Position numbers and translations under genes: made by a program. The notes under the pieces were generated by a model. That model saw only the letters and a program-made list of their open reading frames with translations. It had not been told where the DNA came from and ran no database searches. A DNA stretch of 63,788 nt, counting the filler, from Phoronis australis (lineage: Eukaryota > Animalia > Phoronida), in assembly GCA_002633005.1 (NCBI GenBank). It is 13 parts of 13 records of this genome, joined end to end, with 100 filler letters (N's around TTAATTAATTAA, not from the genome) between each part and the next. Parts side by side here need not be neighbours in the genome. Positions count along the whole stretch, not along the records: positions 46,578 to 51,082 come from NMRA01002570.1; positions 51,183 to 55,048 come from NMRA01002801.1; positions 55,149 to 57,869 come from NMRA01003470.1; positions 57,970 to 61,400 come from NMRA01003025.1; 9 more parts are not named here. One strand, 5' to 3'. Shown one piece after another: positions 48,224-60,690 of the stretch. Every line of letters starts with the position of its first letter. Position 1 is the first letter of the stretch.

Positions 48224-50035
48224 ACAAGAGCAAGCTGAAATGCTCCCACGACTGCACGCAAACTGTGTGCTTCTAGAGTTGTTTATTTGTATCACAAAAA
48301 TGGCCACTAGATGGCGCATATCATCCAATCCATCTGAAAACGAAACACGCCATCGCTTCTTTAATACAAAGTTATTTACCAAATTTCATAAAAATCTGTC
48401 AAGGAACTTCAGAGAAACAAAGGAAAAAAATGAAATTGCCACAAGGAGGCACAGCGTCCGCCTGAAAGTTATTGTCTATTGTTAGCTTCATATAAATATA
48501 CTTATTAACTTTAATAAAGTTCCTGCAGTGGGTTTAGAAGATACAACTATGGGCGCAAAACAAAACTACCACCTGACAGTATTCAAAGTCATCATCGTCA
48601 ACAGAATGGTTTGGTTGATAGAGAGGTGGACGTAAAAAAACTCGAAAACAGTAAAAATGGCTGCTAGGAGGCGCAAAATACCACCAACCCATTTGAAAAC
48701 TGCAGGATAGCATCACCTCACCAATAGATGTTTACCGTAATCGTTCGGGTTAACGCCCATGCTCAGTTAACCGCCCATCCCCGACCTTAAGTGGATTTTC
48801 GATTTAACCGCCCACTGCTCGGTTAAGCGCCCCCCTGCGATTTTTGAAGATTTCCAGTCAAGCGCCCACCTCTCGGTTAAGCGCCCATCCCCGACTTTTA
48901 AAGAATGAAGATTTAGCGCCTAGTGCTAAGGAAACGCGCGATTCTCCGACTTTTAGAAAAAGATCGATGATCACAATGAGTGCAACGACGCCGGGACTCC
49001 GAGACGGTGGTTTAGCAATCTGAATTACAATACAGGTAACGAGTTATTGTCTTGGGTCATGAACTCACTTCAAAATATAATACTTGAACTTTATGTCACT
49101 TTATTTTCTTCCCTTGTTTGCAAAGTTTAAGAATGCCGCCGGCGTCAAAACCTCCGCTTTCAGCGACTTTGTCTGCCGCGCTGAATTTCCGTCTGCAGTG
49201 CATTAGATAAAACATACATGTATATTCAAAAAGATCAGGCCAGAGAAATGTGACAGTGGTTTGCGCCAACCCTCCAAATTCTATTAAGGTGGGAAGCTCT
49301 CGTATTTTGAACAAATCTCACTTATGCAGGGTCACATCTTGAAACAGTTTTAATTCTAGTGGAGGCTGCGAGGTCACTGGTCCTCTGCGCACCGCAGGAC
49401 GACACGGGGCTATTACTCAGCAATTTTGTAAATTTAATAGTGAATGACTAATCTGAGGGCAAGAGAACCTTTGTTGGGATCATCCGCTGTTATGACGTTG
49501 TCACAGTCATTTGGCGACGTGACGATAAAGCTCTTTGAAAAGGGCTACGCGTTCGGAGTATGACTGTCGTGTCGGGATTTAGATCGCCAGGTAAGATTAA
49601 CCGCCCAGGGCGGTTGTCTCACGTAATAAGCGCCCATGTTCGGTTAACCGCCCATCCCCTACTTTAGGTGGATTTTCGATTTAACCGCCCACTGCTCAGT
49701 TAACCGCCCTCCCCCGATTTTTTGGATTCGCCAATTTAACCGCCCAGGGCGTTAACCCGAACGATTACGGTATATTCCAAATTGTATGAAACTCCATTGA
49801 GGACCTTTGAATATACAGGGGTACCCGTAAAAAACTAAACTTGCCACTAGGGGGCAAACTGGTAGTCAGAGAGGTACGGAATTTATTGTCTAATGTCGTC
49901 AGCTTGATAGGAACACATCTGCCAAAAATCTCATCAAGATCCTGTGAGGGGTTTAGGAGATACAGCTGCTGACACCGGATGCCCAGAAAGAGATGAAGGC
50001 AATATGCGACCAGATAAAAATATGTGGGCGCATAA
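48224..50035 (+). mobile_element. HINE family 1 copy carrying nested MITE A
   Basis: 5' AACAAGAGC..TGAAATGCTCCCAC; CTCF-like units; 3' ATATGTGGGCGCATAA. Confidence 0.8.
48735..49770. mobile_element. MITE family A, complete 1036-bp copy
   Basis: 24-bp perfect TIR CCGTAATCGTTCGGGTTAACGCCC; TA TSD; many GTTAA(C/G)CGCCC subterminal repeats. Confidence 0.92.
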
Positions 50036-51540
50036 CGATCGATATTTTGTCAAGTCATCAAAACTTCTCCATTGCAATAATCATAATGAAACTAAGAGGT
50101 TACACTGAGTCCCCCAATTCTCAATTTCACACGATTAAAAATTTTCACAGGACAAAAAACCTCTGGATAACAAACAGGAAAAGAACTGTCATTCAAACCA
50201 TTTTGACACCTAATAAACATAAACAACTGAATACAATGAAATGCTCAACATCACCACAAGAGCTTACAAAGTCCAAACAAGCACATGAAAATGAGCAGCA
50301 CACCTGAATTGACAGCCCCCAAATAAAAAAAATAGAATTCTTTCACGAAAAATCACCAGAAATCATATTATTGTACACCAAAATTAGAAACATTAAAAGT
50401 GACAAAAAGTCAACCAATAGGTAAGAAAAGAGACCAGCCTTCCTTACCAAGGATCAAATTTTTTAATTAATCAATTATAGACTCGTAAACTATACATTTC
50501 AAAATCCTTGATGATTGCAGAATATCATCAAAATGAATCATTTTGTGTACAAAAATAATTTCTAAATCTTCATGATCATGAGGCGAATGTTTTCTAAAAA
50601 AATCACTGTAATTTCCATAAACATAGATTTTTTAAATTTAAAACTTGAAAACACTGCTTTTTAATCAAAAAGCTACAAACGCACGTCCAGCATTTCGATT
50701 AAAGGCCATTTAGCTCAAGAACTCAGCTGTAAAAAACGAAGACATCATACATTCCTGCAGTTTTGACCCCGAGTCCTTATTGCTAACGTCTTTGAAAGAA
50801 AAATCAGCGGACACACTTGTGTGGCTAATAAAACAAAGAAATAGAATTTGTGGGCTTCGTCTGAAAAAACTGTTTGTGGAATATATAACGATCTCAGTGA
50901 AAATCACAATTGTTTAAAAAAAACGCAGTGATGTTGTTATGAACATCAGGACATTTTGTACATACTAGTAATGTGATTCCTGTGGTCATCAAAGACTTTA
51001 AAATTCAGTTTTATGGGTCAACAATTCCATCCTTGGACACAAAGGTAGCCCAGACCCATTCCCACTGCCAAGAAAACAAATTNNNNNNNNNNNNNNNNNN
51101 NNNNNNNNNNNNNNNNNNNNNNNNNNTTAATTAATTAANNNNNNNNNNNNNNNNNNNNNNNNNNNNNNNNNNNNNNNNNNNNAATGAGACCTGTTTAGAC
51201 AGATTTTTATGTAGATCATGCATGGTTTTTCTTGCAGAAATTCATGCACATTTAATTTTAGTTTCAAGCTAGTTAGATTCCATGCATACGTTTTCAACAA
51301 GCAAATTTCATGTTTGTGTTTTGTTCTAGCACACAAGCATGTTCCATCTATTCTTGTCATTGTAGGCTAAAGCTCACCGGTGAATACCACTTGAAATTTT
51401 GTTCCTACACGGATATTCATAAAAGTCTGACATGAATGCGTCCAATCTTTACTGACCTCATTTGAAGTTTGGCATGATGTTACTTCTGGTTTGTGTGAGT
51501 GTAACTGCATGTTCCATTTTGCAGCTATATTGTTTTTCAG

Positions 51541-54500
51541 TTATGGTATTGTCACCTGGTCCGCGTGGATATCGTATCTCCAACCCACCCCCGTTACTGT
51601 GTGCGCCACTAGAGGGCACCTTTCAGGTTAGGGTTTCAAATTTCTAGCTTGTTTTTAGCTTAGCACTTTGTTTCAGTTTCGAATTTGAAACTGCTAACGG
51701 CTTACTTACCATAACCATGCTTCAACTAGGAAACAAATCAAATGTTGGTGTTCAGAAATGGACTATGATAATCACATTTTTTGAATTTTGCTTTATTTTG
51801 GATAAAAGTGACTTCACTTTGTTACTCGTTTTTATTTTAAGCAATTGGAAATACAGTATGGGCCGAAATTATGAGATAGAGTTATTCTGAATTTCTTGCG
51901 GAATTAACCGGTAGAGTTGCTGAAACGACATGTCATTATCCAAACTTTTCCTGATTATTTTTGGCTGTTGTGCTGTTGCCAGAAGTTCGAGTCTTCTCCC
52001 GCTCTCTTAGCATTTCAATCTTTCCAACTACATTATGGAGAGCCTCACTTTCTATGTTTTGAGGGGCGGTCTGGCCATGTCTAATAGGCGTAAGTCAAGC
52101 AGGATTGCCTCAGTTAAGATTTATCCCCAAACGCAATGGTTCTAAAAGGAAAATGGTGAACAAGAGTTGTTGAATTCAATTTTCTTTCCCTTTAGTTTTC
52201 CTTTTTGTCTCCCTTTTCTTCCCATTTACCGTGCATGCATGCCTGCCTGTAGTTTCCATTGTCTCTTTAATATACTCACCTGACAAAAAGCTGTGTATTC
52301 TCGAATGCTTGTGATTGTATTTTTGCATCTGTACTTGATACTGGATAGGTTATTCAGACATAGACCCTATGTCAATGTCAGTATGCTGTGCGGAAATGCA
52401 GTGGACTAATACGAAATGTGTTGTATTTTACATCAGGTGTTCAAGAAGACCACCATGTCATCTCTCCGTCAGAAGTCCCTTCTACTAACGGGATACTTAG
52501 AGCTCCTTCTGAAGATTTTGTACAGTAAGCCTGATGACCCCAGCAGTACAAAGCCATACGTGACAATGATAACACCGTGTAACCCTGTGGAAAGGGGATG
52601 CATGCTGTCTTTGATGTTTTCTGTGAATATTAAACACGTCTTTGAAGAGTTACAGAAGCGAGGTGTCTCGGTATGTTAAACTGATCTTAAGGTCATTTCG
52701 CACCTTATCAACAATTCTGTATTTAGCCAAATATCAACAAAATGGTAGATTTTAAGGCAAAAAAGTATAACGTTTTCTGAAATTAGAAAGGCTTTAGAAT
52801 TTGATTTTTAATTTTATCTCCCATCAAAAGGGTCACGTGACCATATCTTTTTCTGTACAATTTAGCATAAGGGAAAGGTACATTTTCTTCTACTTTTGCC
52901 CTTCACACTCGAAGCTGAGTATTCTGAAGTGGTTCTCATTCATTCCTCACTATGAAGACCGAGCTCAGAAGAGTAGGAAACACTTTTGTGCAATACTCGA
53001 TTGTCTGTCAGTAAAACCAGAATTCAAACCACAGTCTCCCAAGTGTGAGGCCAGAGCTCACACCACTGAGCCCCACTGTCTCCTCCTAAGCAAAACAATG
53101 GTGACAATACCACGACCAAATTTTGTTTGATATAAATGATCAAGAGGAATTCTCAGTTTTCTAATGTATCATTTCTTTTTTTCATTTTTTGCAACTTTTG
53201 ATTATTTTCAGAAAAATTCATGAAAGTTCTATTTTTTATAACTTTTCATACAAAAATGAAAGATTTTAAAAACAATTTGCAACTTCATGTTGGAGAATAG
53301 CGCGTAAAGTATAGTAACTGAATAGCCATTTTTGAGACACGATGTTCCGAAGTTCGGCAAATTTTTTCTGTGGTCCTACAAAACCTTAAATGTACTGCAC
53401 GTGATTAGAGTGTGCAAACCGACTTAATCCTTTGAAATGAAAACTGAAGCATCACATTCAATATTAAGGTAATGCCTCAGAGTACTTTTGTTTGAACTTA
53501 GCGAAGATGTCTCGTCACTGTCTTAAAGATGTATTGCATGCTCTTAACTATGCAGGAACTAAACGACATTGCTGTTTGAACACCATCTACGCTAAACAAA
53601 GTGCAGTTGTGTTCATTGACAACTTGTAAATGTGAAAGCTGAAGCTTATGCAAATAGGTGAACTTTGCACTAATGATGTACTGTGGGGGTTCACATAGCC
53701 CACATCATGCAGTGTTATTCCCCAACACCATGTCACGATACTTACTGGACACGGTTGAGTGATTTACGGCAGATCATTTTCAACACAAAACTCATTCTTA
53801 AAAACATTTGGCAATTTTCAACCTAATTCATATCCACACTGTCGCTATATGTTGCATTTTTAACTAATTTGACCAAGCGATCACAGAGACTAGGAATTAG
53901 AGTGCAAGTTCCACTTTAAAGCCTATCTTCAACGGTAACACATGTAAATTTGGTTCGTACAGTATGTTAAGAGCATCGCTCTGAACCCACTAGTGCCATA
54001 AATTGCCAAATGTAACGAACTGTTAGGCGTAGTGACTTGCTTTTGTCTACATCACTGCGAGAATCACCTTTTAATTCAAACAGCTGCAAATAACACCAGC
54101 ACGCAATGGTGTTCTATTGAGACCTCTATTCAATACAACCTTTTGTTGTTTGTGCTGGGATCTCGCGGTGACGCAACATGGCACGAAAAGGCAACTTCAC
54201 TTGTCATTTGACGGGCTTACACTTGCATGATTGAACTCGCGTTTTCTTATTTTACTAAGGCTTTGCTAGGACAAAATTCCGTTGAAGTTAGGTTTTAAGT
54301 GCTGTTGAAGGCTGGACTTTTATAATTGTCTGGGAAGAGTGTTCATGGAACTCAACTTGATCAATATTATGACATACTGAGAGCAAACTTACAAGTTAAT
54401 AAAAAATTCATGTGTGGTTTTGTATCTTCACCTGTTAAGGTCTAACCACAGTTCAATATTCAATTTTGTTTTTTTTGTGAGATTCATGGCTTTTTATTTC

Positions 54501-54645
54501 TAATGACTTCTTTTTATTTCAGTGTGACGAGCGTCTTCCCAGTGTGATTCGCGTTGCCCCTGTTCACATCTACAACTCCTTTGAAGACGTTCACCGCTTC
54601 GTAACATTCGTGGGGGAATCCCTGCTGGCAGCTGCTGCTTTATGA
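51541..54645 (+). CDS. KYNU: Kynureninase, last 3 coding exons
   Basis: Exons 51541-51626 (MVLSPGPRGYRISNPPPLLCAPLEGTFQ), 52437-52670 (VFKKTTMSSLRQKSLLLTGYLE...ERGCMLSL...ELQKRGVS) and 54523-54645 (CDERLPSVIRVAPVHIYNSFEDVHRF...stop). Confidence 0.95.
52880..53088 (-). mobile_element. Diverged tRNA-derived SINE
   Basis: Minus strand GGAGGAGACAGTGGGGCTCAGTGG (A box) and GGTTTGAATTC (B box). The 3' boundary is approximate. Confidence 0.5.
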
Positions 54646-55299
54646 GATTTAACTGTCTACTGTTCTTCTATTGATTGCAGCCTTTTCAAAATCTTTCACA
54701 AGATAATTACAATTGCGATTGTCTCAGATGTCTCACTGACGGATCTAGGATGTCCGTGAGGGGGGTTCCAACCACATTGTCAAAGGGAGATGTGGTCTTA
54801 GAAATTGGTATGCCGGTCGTGTTGATGATTCTTTTTGGTCATGACTGGAAAGTGTCCTGGCCATTTCAAATCTTCCTGGGTTTCTTTGTTTGACAAAGGA
54901 ATTTCTTTATAAACTTTTTTGTCTGTAAGACGTGTGCTGCCAGGTACTTAGCCAAAGTTTACAAACCTGTAAAGTTCCAGAAGCTGAAGGATTGCCATTT
55001 TACATACTCATCCGAGGCAGGGGAAATACACAGCTCCAAATTTAATAANNNNNNNNNNNNNNNNNNNNNNNNNNNNNNNNNNNNNNNNNNNNTTAATTAA
55101 TTAANNNNNNNNNNNNNNNNNNNNNNNNNNNNNNNNNNNNNNNNNNNNTGGGTATCAGACAAAACTAGAATTTGTAATGTTGTGTAACAAATTACAGATT
55201 ATATATATTTATGATGTAATAACAGATTACATTAAATTCATCAGTAAAAATACCAAAATAATTTACATGCAGTACCCCTCCCCCCCCTCCGCAAGAAAG

Positions 55300-55745
55300 T
55301 AACAAGCAGAAACAGAATTTTTGATAATGGCTGCCTTTATTTGCATAAATTATGGTAATTTATCGTGCAACTTGCAAACTGATTTCATTAACTTAATTGA
55401 CCATAGGAACATAGGTTCAAATATCATGAGAGTTTACCTGTGGTGCTTGGTACCGCAGCTATAAGCACAAGTAGCTATATGCACAAGTAAAATTTTGAAT
55501 AATGGCGCCCTTAATTTGCATTAGTTCTGCAAATTTGCATTAATTATACATGCAACAACATGCAAAGCGATTTCATTTAACTAGTTGACCAAAAAAATAG
55601 TTCATCTGAGGTGCCTGGTACAGTAGCTATAAGCACAAGAAGAATTTTGAATAATGGCAGCCTTAATTTGCATAAATTATGCAAATTGACAATGTATTCA
55701 CCCAAAAACTTATACTATTAAATTCATTGACCATGGAAACATAAG
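55300..55745 (+). repeat. HINE-like tandem repeat (~150-175-bp units) with octamer ATTTGCAT motifs
   Basis: TTTTGA(A)TAATGGC..CCTT.ATTTGCAT unit occurs three times; it starts with AACAAG like other HINEs. Confidence 0.6.
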
Positions 55746-55750
55746 TTGAT

Positions 55751-56205
55751 CAATGCCGTCTGCATACGCTATTAATCGCCGTCACAAATAGTGTGATTCT
55801 GCGGCCAAAAATGTGTGGAGCTTGGAGTAGACAGAATATTTCGTGGAAAAGTGGATAAAAGAAACGGTCAATGTGTTCTCAAACCACAAAAGTCTGAGTT
55901 TGCGCTCTGTAAATGTTGACTGACAATTATGGCGTGCGTAGCCGAATCATGGAGGACCTGAAAACAATGAAACACAAGAAAGAAAAACGCATTCTGATAG
56001 GAAATTCAACCGTAACCGGTAATTCGTTGGATTGGAATCGTGGGATGTGAGTGATGTATGAAATTCCTTTGTTTAATCCCACGTGCAAGCCCCTGCTGGC
56101 AGTTAGCAAGTTGCTACGCCCGAGTTCAATATACTGTGTGCCGCCGAAACGGGATACAAAGTGCTATTTTTGTTACTGCAACTGTGTTTTAGATTGCCGT
56201 TGATA
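55751..56205 (-). mobile_element. Internal fragment of the hAT family seen at 27239 and 28021
   Basis: GTGCCGCCGAAACGGGATACAAAGTGCTATTTT is the exact reverse complement of 28068-28100; further similarity to 27415-27480. Confidence 0.65.
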
Positions 56206-57757
56206 TATTCCAATATATTTTGACATTTTTCATGGTTTATTTTTGTTGAAACAAGTAGTTTTGACCAGCTCAAGTTTTGCAGTTCAATACGGAAGTAGTC
56301 ATGTGGTAGGTTCTGAATGATCTGATTGGTCCAAGCCATTGTTTACAAATTCTGCTAGCCTATTTTGGGTGTCCTTGTAGTTATTTCTTATGTCACATAG
56401 TTTGTTCAACACTAGTATGAACAATTATATCCTGTATTAATACTGTTTTAAACTGAAAAGTTTGGCCTACTTAACTCTGGCCTCAAGACGTAAACAGCAC
56501 AGTTAACTGGACCGTTCATACTGGCTTCGGTAGTTAATGAACATCAAAGTAAACGGTTGGCGACACAGTCATCATTGAAGTTATCGCAGGGTAGCGCTGC
56601 ATGCCAAGATTTTTCAATGTGACAATTTGGGAACATTTACAAGTACTAAGTGACATTAAACTTATTTTTAAATCGATTGGAGCAAAATATAAGCAGCTAT
56701 TAGTAACGACACTACCCTGTAACTGTTGACGATAACAGTGGCACCTGGCGATAACTTCAATTGGACCGAAGTTAAGCGTCCATACTGGACTGCAGCTGTT
56801 AACTGCGATCCAGGACCGGAGTTAAGCGTTCATACTGACTGCAACTCCGCAATCCATCGACGCGTTGACGTTAACAGGAAAGGCCCTTGAGGCACCTTAT
56901 TGTAGACATTCTCAATTTATCAGCTCTGACTAAACAATATAATCCACTGTGTTTTCGTGACTTTCTTACAATTTGCCAATTACCATAGTTGTCTATCAGA
57001 CACTTCTAGCAATCAAAGCCAGTGTCTTACCAATTAACTATGCTTAAATTACATTACAGTTTATTGAATAAGATTTAGCTCAGCCACTAAAGCATTTGGC
57101 TCTAACAACAAAGGATGCCTGTTCAAATCTGCGTTGAGGCTATTCTCAGAAAATAACTTTTCTCCCCGAAGTCACTAATTTCATCTTCATTTGTGATGAG
57201 AAATTTCACGCAATAAATTACCAGTTATCCACAATATTGTGAATAAGTAGAAGAACTATGCCAGATAGCTAACACAGAGAATAATCTTATTGTGAACATA
57301 ACTTACAATCCAGATGAGATGCAACGGGAAGACGGATTGGTTAATAAATAGGCATAACCTGTGATGTCATCAAGCCAAGTGTAAATTGAGTGTGCATTTG
57401 TAACCATTTGTGGAGATGAAATCAAGTAGTGTTTGCTCTTCTTGAAACAAGGCTGAACTTTGTAGTGCAAATATCAACACTGTACACAGGCTGGAGGCTT
57501 GGAAATTACATGCAATATGTTTATTAGATCACCAGGATTAATAGAAAGACTGAAGACATATTGTAAATAGCCGTGTAAATTACAAACCACTTTACATCAT
57601 CAAATACAATGAAAGGGAGGGATGCACTTATATTTAAACAGTTCCAAATTTAGTTGGAGGGTGCTTAAAAGGACATGGATACTTATCAGGGCGAATAAGA
57701 TATGAAGAACACCAGTTCCATGACCTGCACCCGAGATGAGACTTTAGGTCGACTTAC

Positions 57758-57842
57758 CTGTACGGGAAGTTTGGACTGGTGAGCCAGCCTCCAGGTGTAG
57801 CACTGATGACTGGCTGGTTACCACAGCGACGGGGAAATGAAG
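57758..57842 (-). CDS. Exon encoding the start of a CUB domain
   Basis: TTTCAG acceptor and GTAAGT donor; SFPRRCGNQPVISATPGGWLTSPNFPY matches the CGx(n)GxLxSPNFP CUB motif. Confidence 0.75.
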
Positions 57843-57969
57843 CTGAAAGAGGTAGAGGGTAAAGTTCCANNNNNNNNNNNNNNNNNNNNNNNNNNNNNNN
57901 NNNNNNNNNNNNNTTAATTAATTAANNNNNNNNNNNNNNNNNNNNNNNNNNNNNNNNNNNNNNNNNNNN

Positions 57970-58155
57970 ATTTGGGACTCTACAGGACGGAGCATGACGG
58001 GCTTCACACGTTGGAGACCTGGACAAGGTCCGACCCAGCTGAAATCCAGCGACCACAATTGTCACATCTACTGGAAACCGGACTTCTTTAATTGGCATGA
58101 CCACCCGGCCACAGCTACTGATTGTGGCTTTATTTGTGAGAAACAGACAGCGTAG
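57970..58155 (+). CDS. C-type lectin domain, C-terminal part (last coding segment)
   Basis: IWDSTGRSMTGFTRWRPGQGPTQLKSSDHNCHIYWKPDFFNWHDHPATATDCGFICEKQTA followed by a stop; 5' end cut by contig edge. Confidence 0.8.
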   Translation: MWDSTGRSMTGFTRWRPGQGPTQLKSSDHNCHIYWKPDFFNWHDHPATATDCGFICEKQTA

Positions 58156-58408
58156 ATCTAAAGGGCTGAAGCGATATCTGTGCAAGCTTACGGGCGACAA
58201 TGCAACTAGAAATGATAACATTCTTTGATATTGCTGACCGCGACACCTAGCTTGAAATCGTGAAATATCGACGAGTAAGGCAAATATAACTGTTTTAATC
58301 TGAGATAACACAGAATTATGAATATCCGACAGTCAAATATTAAAAGCATTAAGAAGTCAGTCATGGAATATCTGGTGCAGCATCCACCGCTGTTATGGTA
58401 AAATGAAA

Positions 58409-59660
58409 ACTAGAAAGATTATTGTCACGGCGTGACAATAACGGACTCGCGCGTGCGTATTACTGGAATTATTATGGGAAGTTACTGACAGCAACCCGTT
58501 TACCAATATGAAAAGGAATTCTTTAAAATTGTAGAAATTACATATTAATTTTTTGATGACCTTTCCACTAATTGACCTCTTCCGGTGCATTATGAACACC
58601 GATGAGGGAATAATTGTTAACTCGATTAAAAGTGTGGTTAATGCTAATAATCACAGATGTTTTACTTTAAGCACTTCAGAAATAATTCTGAATACAAGAT
58701 GAAGTGGTCAAACTTTCAGAAGAAAAATGCACTTAATGACCCCATGGGTGCAAGAAATAACCTGAAAATTTAGAATTCAAACTCAATTGCACTTAGTATA
58801 CAGATACGTAATTCTGAAGTCTCTAGCTCAAAATTTTAGTTTGCACTCAATGACCTTTGACCTATTTTTCTGATTGGTAAGGCCTATTGCAAAGTAAAGT
58901 AGGGTATTCAATTGGCATGTTGACTTACATCAGTGTGCTGAAATTGAAAAGACTTCCTTGAAAAACGTAAGACATATAACATTTTGAACGTTACATGACC
59001 TTTGCACTAATTTACCTTATCCGGTGCATTTTAAGCATCTTTAGGAGAATTATTTCAAAGCCCATGGAAAATGTGTTTAACGCTGAGAATCACAGTTGTC
59101 TAACGGTTGACACATCAGAATACTTGCTGATTGAAAAGGTCAAATTTTCAGAAGAAAAATGCACCTAATGAACCCATGTTTGCACTAAATGACCTGAAAC
59201 TTTGGATTCCGATTTGATTTACCTGTGGCAATCAAACCTGTCAATTTGAAGTGTCTAGCTCAAAAGTTTAGTTTGCACCTAATGACCTTTGACCTATTTC
59301 ACCTGATTGGATGACCCGATTACTTAGAAAAGTAATTTTTTAAATTGTTATGTTGACTTCTACCTGTGCACTGAATTTGAAAAAGACAGCTTTAAAACTG
59401 AAGGAGTAGCATTTTGAAAATTCTATGACCTTTGCACCAAACGACCTCTTCCGGTGCAATATGGAATATGATTATATAACAAATCAAAATCTATTTACTG
59501 TCAAACTAAAGTCATACGCTGAATTTAAAGACCGTACCTGCACCCAATTTGGAGTTATTAAGCCTCAAAGTTGGTCGGAAAAAGAATAAGAATAAGAAGA
59601 ATAAAATTGAAGAAAACCCAGGAACAACAGTACTCTGCGCTTACACGCGCAGAGTAATAA
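58409..59660 (+). mobile_element. HINE family 2 with ~430-bp tandem units containing TGACCTTTGACCT
   Basis: 5' ACTAGA and hairpin TTATTGTCAC-GGC-GTGACAATAA; subterminal ACTCGCGCGTG inverse to 3' CACGCGCAGAGT; (AAGAAT)n microsatellite; 3' hairpin TACTCTGCGC-TTACAC-GCGCAGAGTA. Confidence 0.8.
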
Positions 59661-60521
59661 AGAACAAAAGAAAACAGCCGATAACTCTAGGTGAGTCACA
59701 TTTGCTTCACCCGCCAAATGTGATTAACACCCTGTTGGCGACAGGCAATGTTGATTCCCAGGAACAAGTATACTAACGCTCTCAGCGAGTTCAAACTGAG
59801 GTCATAGCATTTGATTGACGATTATTTCTGATTTTTTTTGGAGACACGAAAAACCGTGACAAGCGAACGGCTAAAGAATGCAAGGACACGGGACTTTGTC
59901 ATTCAAAAGGACAGCATTCGTTTCAACGTTGGCTATACAAATACGATACAACAACCAGTAGGCTAAATATGAATTTTAGCCGCAGTATTCGTCAAAATCG
60001 AGTGTACAAACGTTAGATAAAGAGGTATCAACGCCAGTTACCCAGACATTCACAAGGTTAATGTATTGACAACAGGGTGTCTCACGCAACAGTTTCACAT
60101 ACTCAGGAATGTGCCATCAGCAGAAGATCCCTAAGAGCGCTATCTTTCCCCTTGTTAGTTACATGTACAAGAATAATTGTTTAGGATTGTTATATTTTTA
60201 GTTAATTACAGGTCAACTTACAATACATAGACAAGTCAAGTTGGTGAATCACAAAATACATTTTGACAAATTGTTTTAGTAAACATTTTGAAGCAGCATT
60301 TAACTCCTGCCTTGTGTCAAAAAAGAAAATTTTGACTTGGGCTCCTTACTGCGATGAGATTGATCTCAGATAGTTCGTCAGTCAAAATGACTGCGAGAAT
60401 TGATAGCCTGTTATTTCCTCAGACCACAATAATCAAGCCCTGGTCACGTCTCACTTCTAAACTGAGTAAGGAACAAGACAAAACCAATTCTATCACTGTC
60501 ACGTGGTCTAAATCAAAACTT

Positions 60522-60690
60522 GGAGGAGGCAGTGTGGCCTAGTGACATAAGTGTTCGGGCTTCCTTTACTCAAAGTCGTGGTTCAAGTCCCACTGGACCA
60601 CACTGCTCCTCAACTCGGTTTTAACTATAACAAAGCATAAAAACAGGTGATGAGTACAATAGGCCCACCTGAGCGGCCTGCACAGTTATG
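60522..60690 (+). mobile_element. tRNA-derived SINE
   Basis: A box TGGCCTAGTGA and B box GGTTCAAGTCC; the body resembles 47285-47452. Confidence 0.6.

Noticed and set aside
57077-57142. tRNA gene
   Set aside because: Degenerate A/B boxes and no intact cloverleaf; probably a SINE head remnant.
57758-58155. CUB and C-type lectin exons as one gene
   Set aside because: They lie on opposite strands and are separated by an artificial linker.
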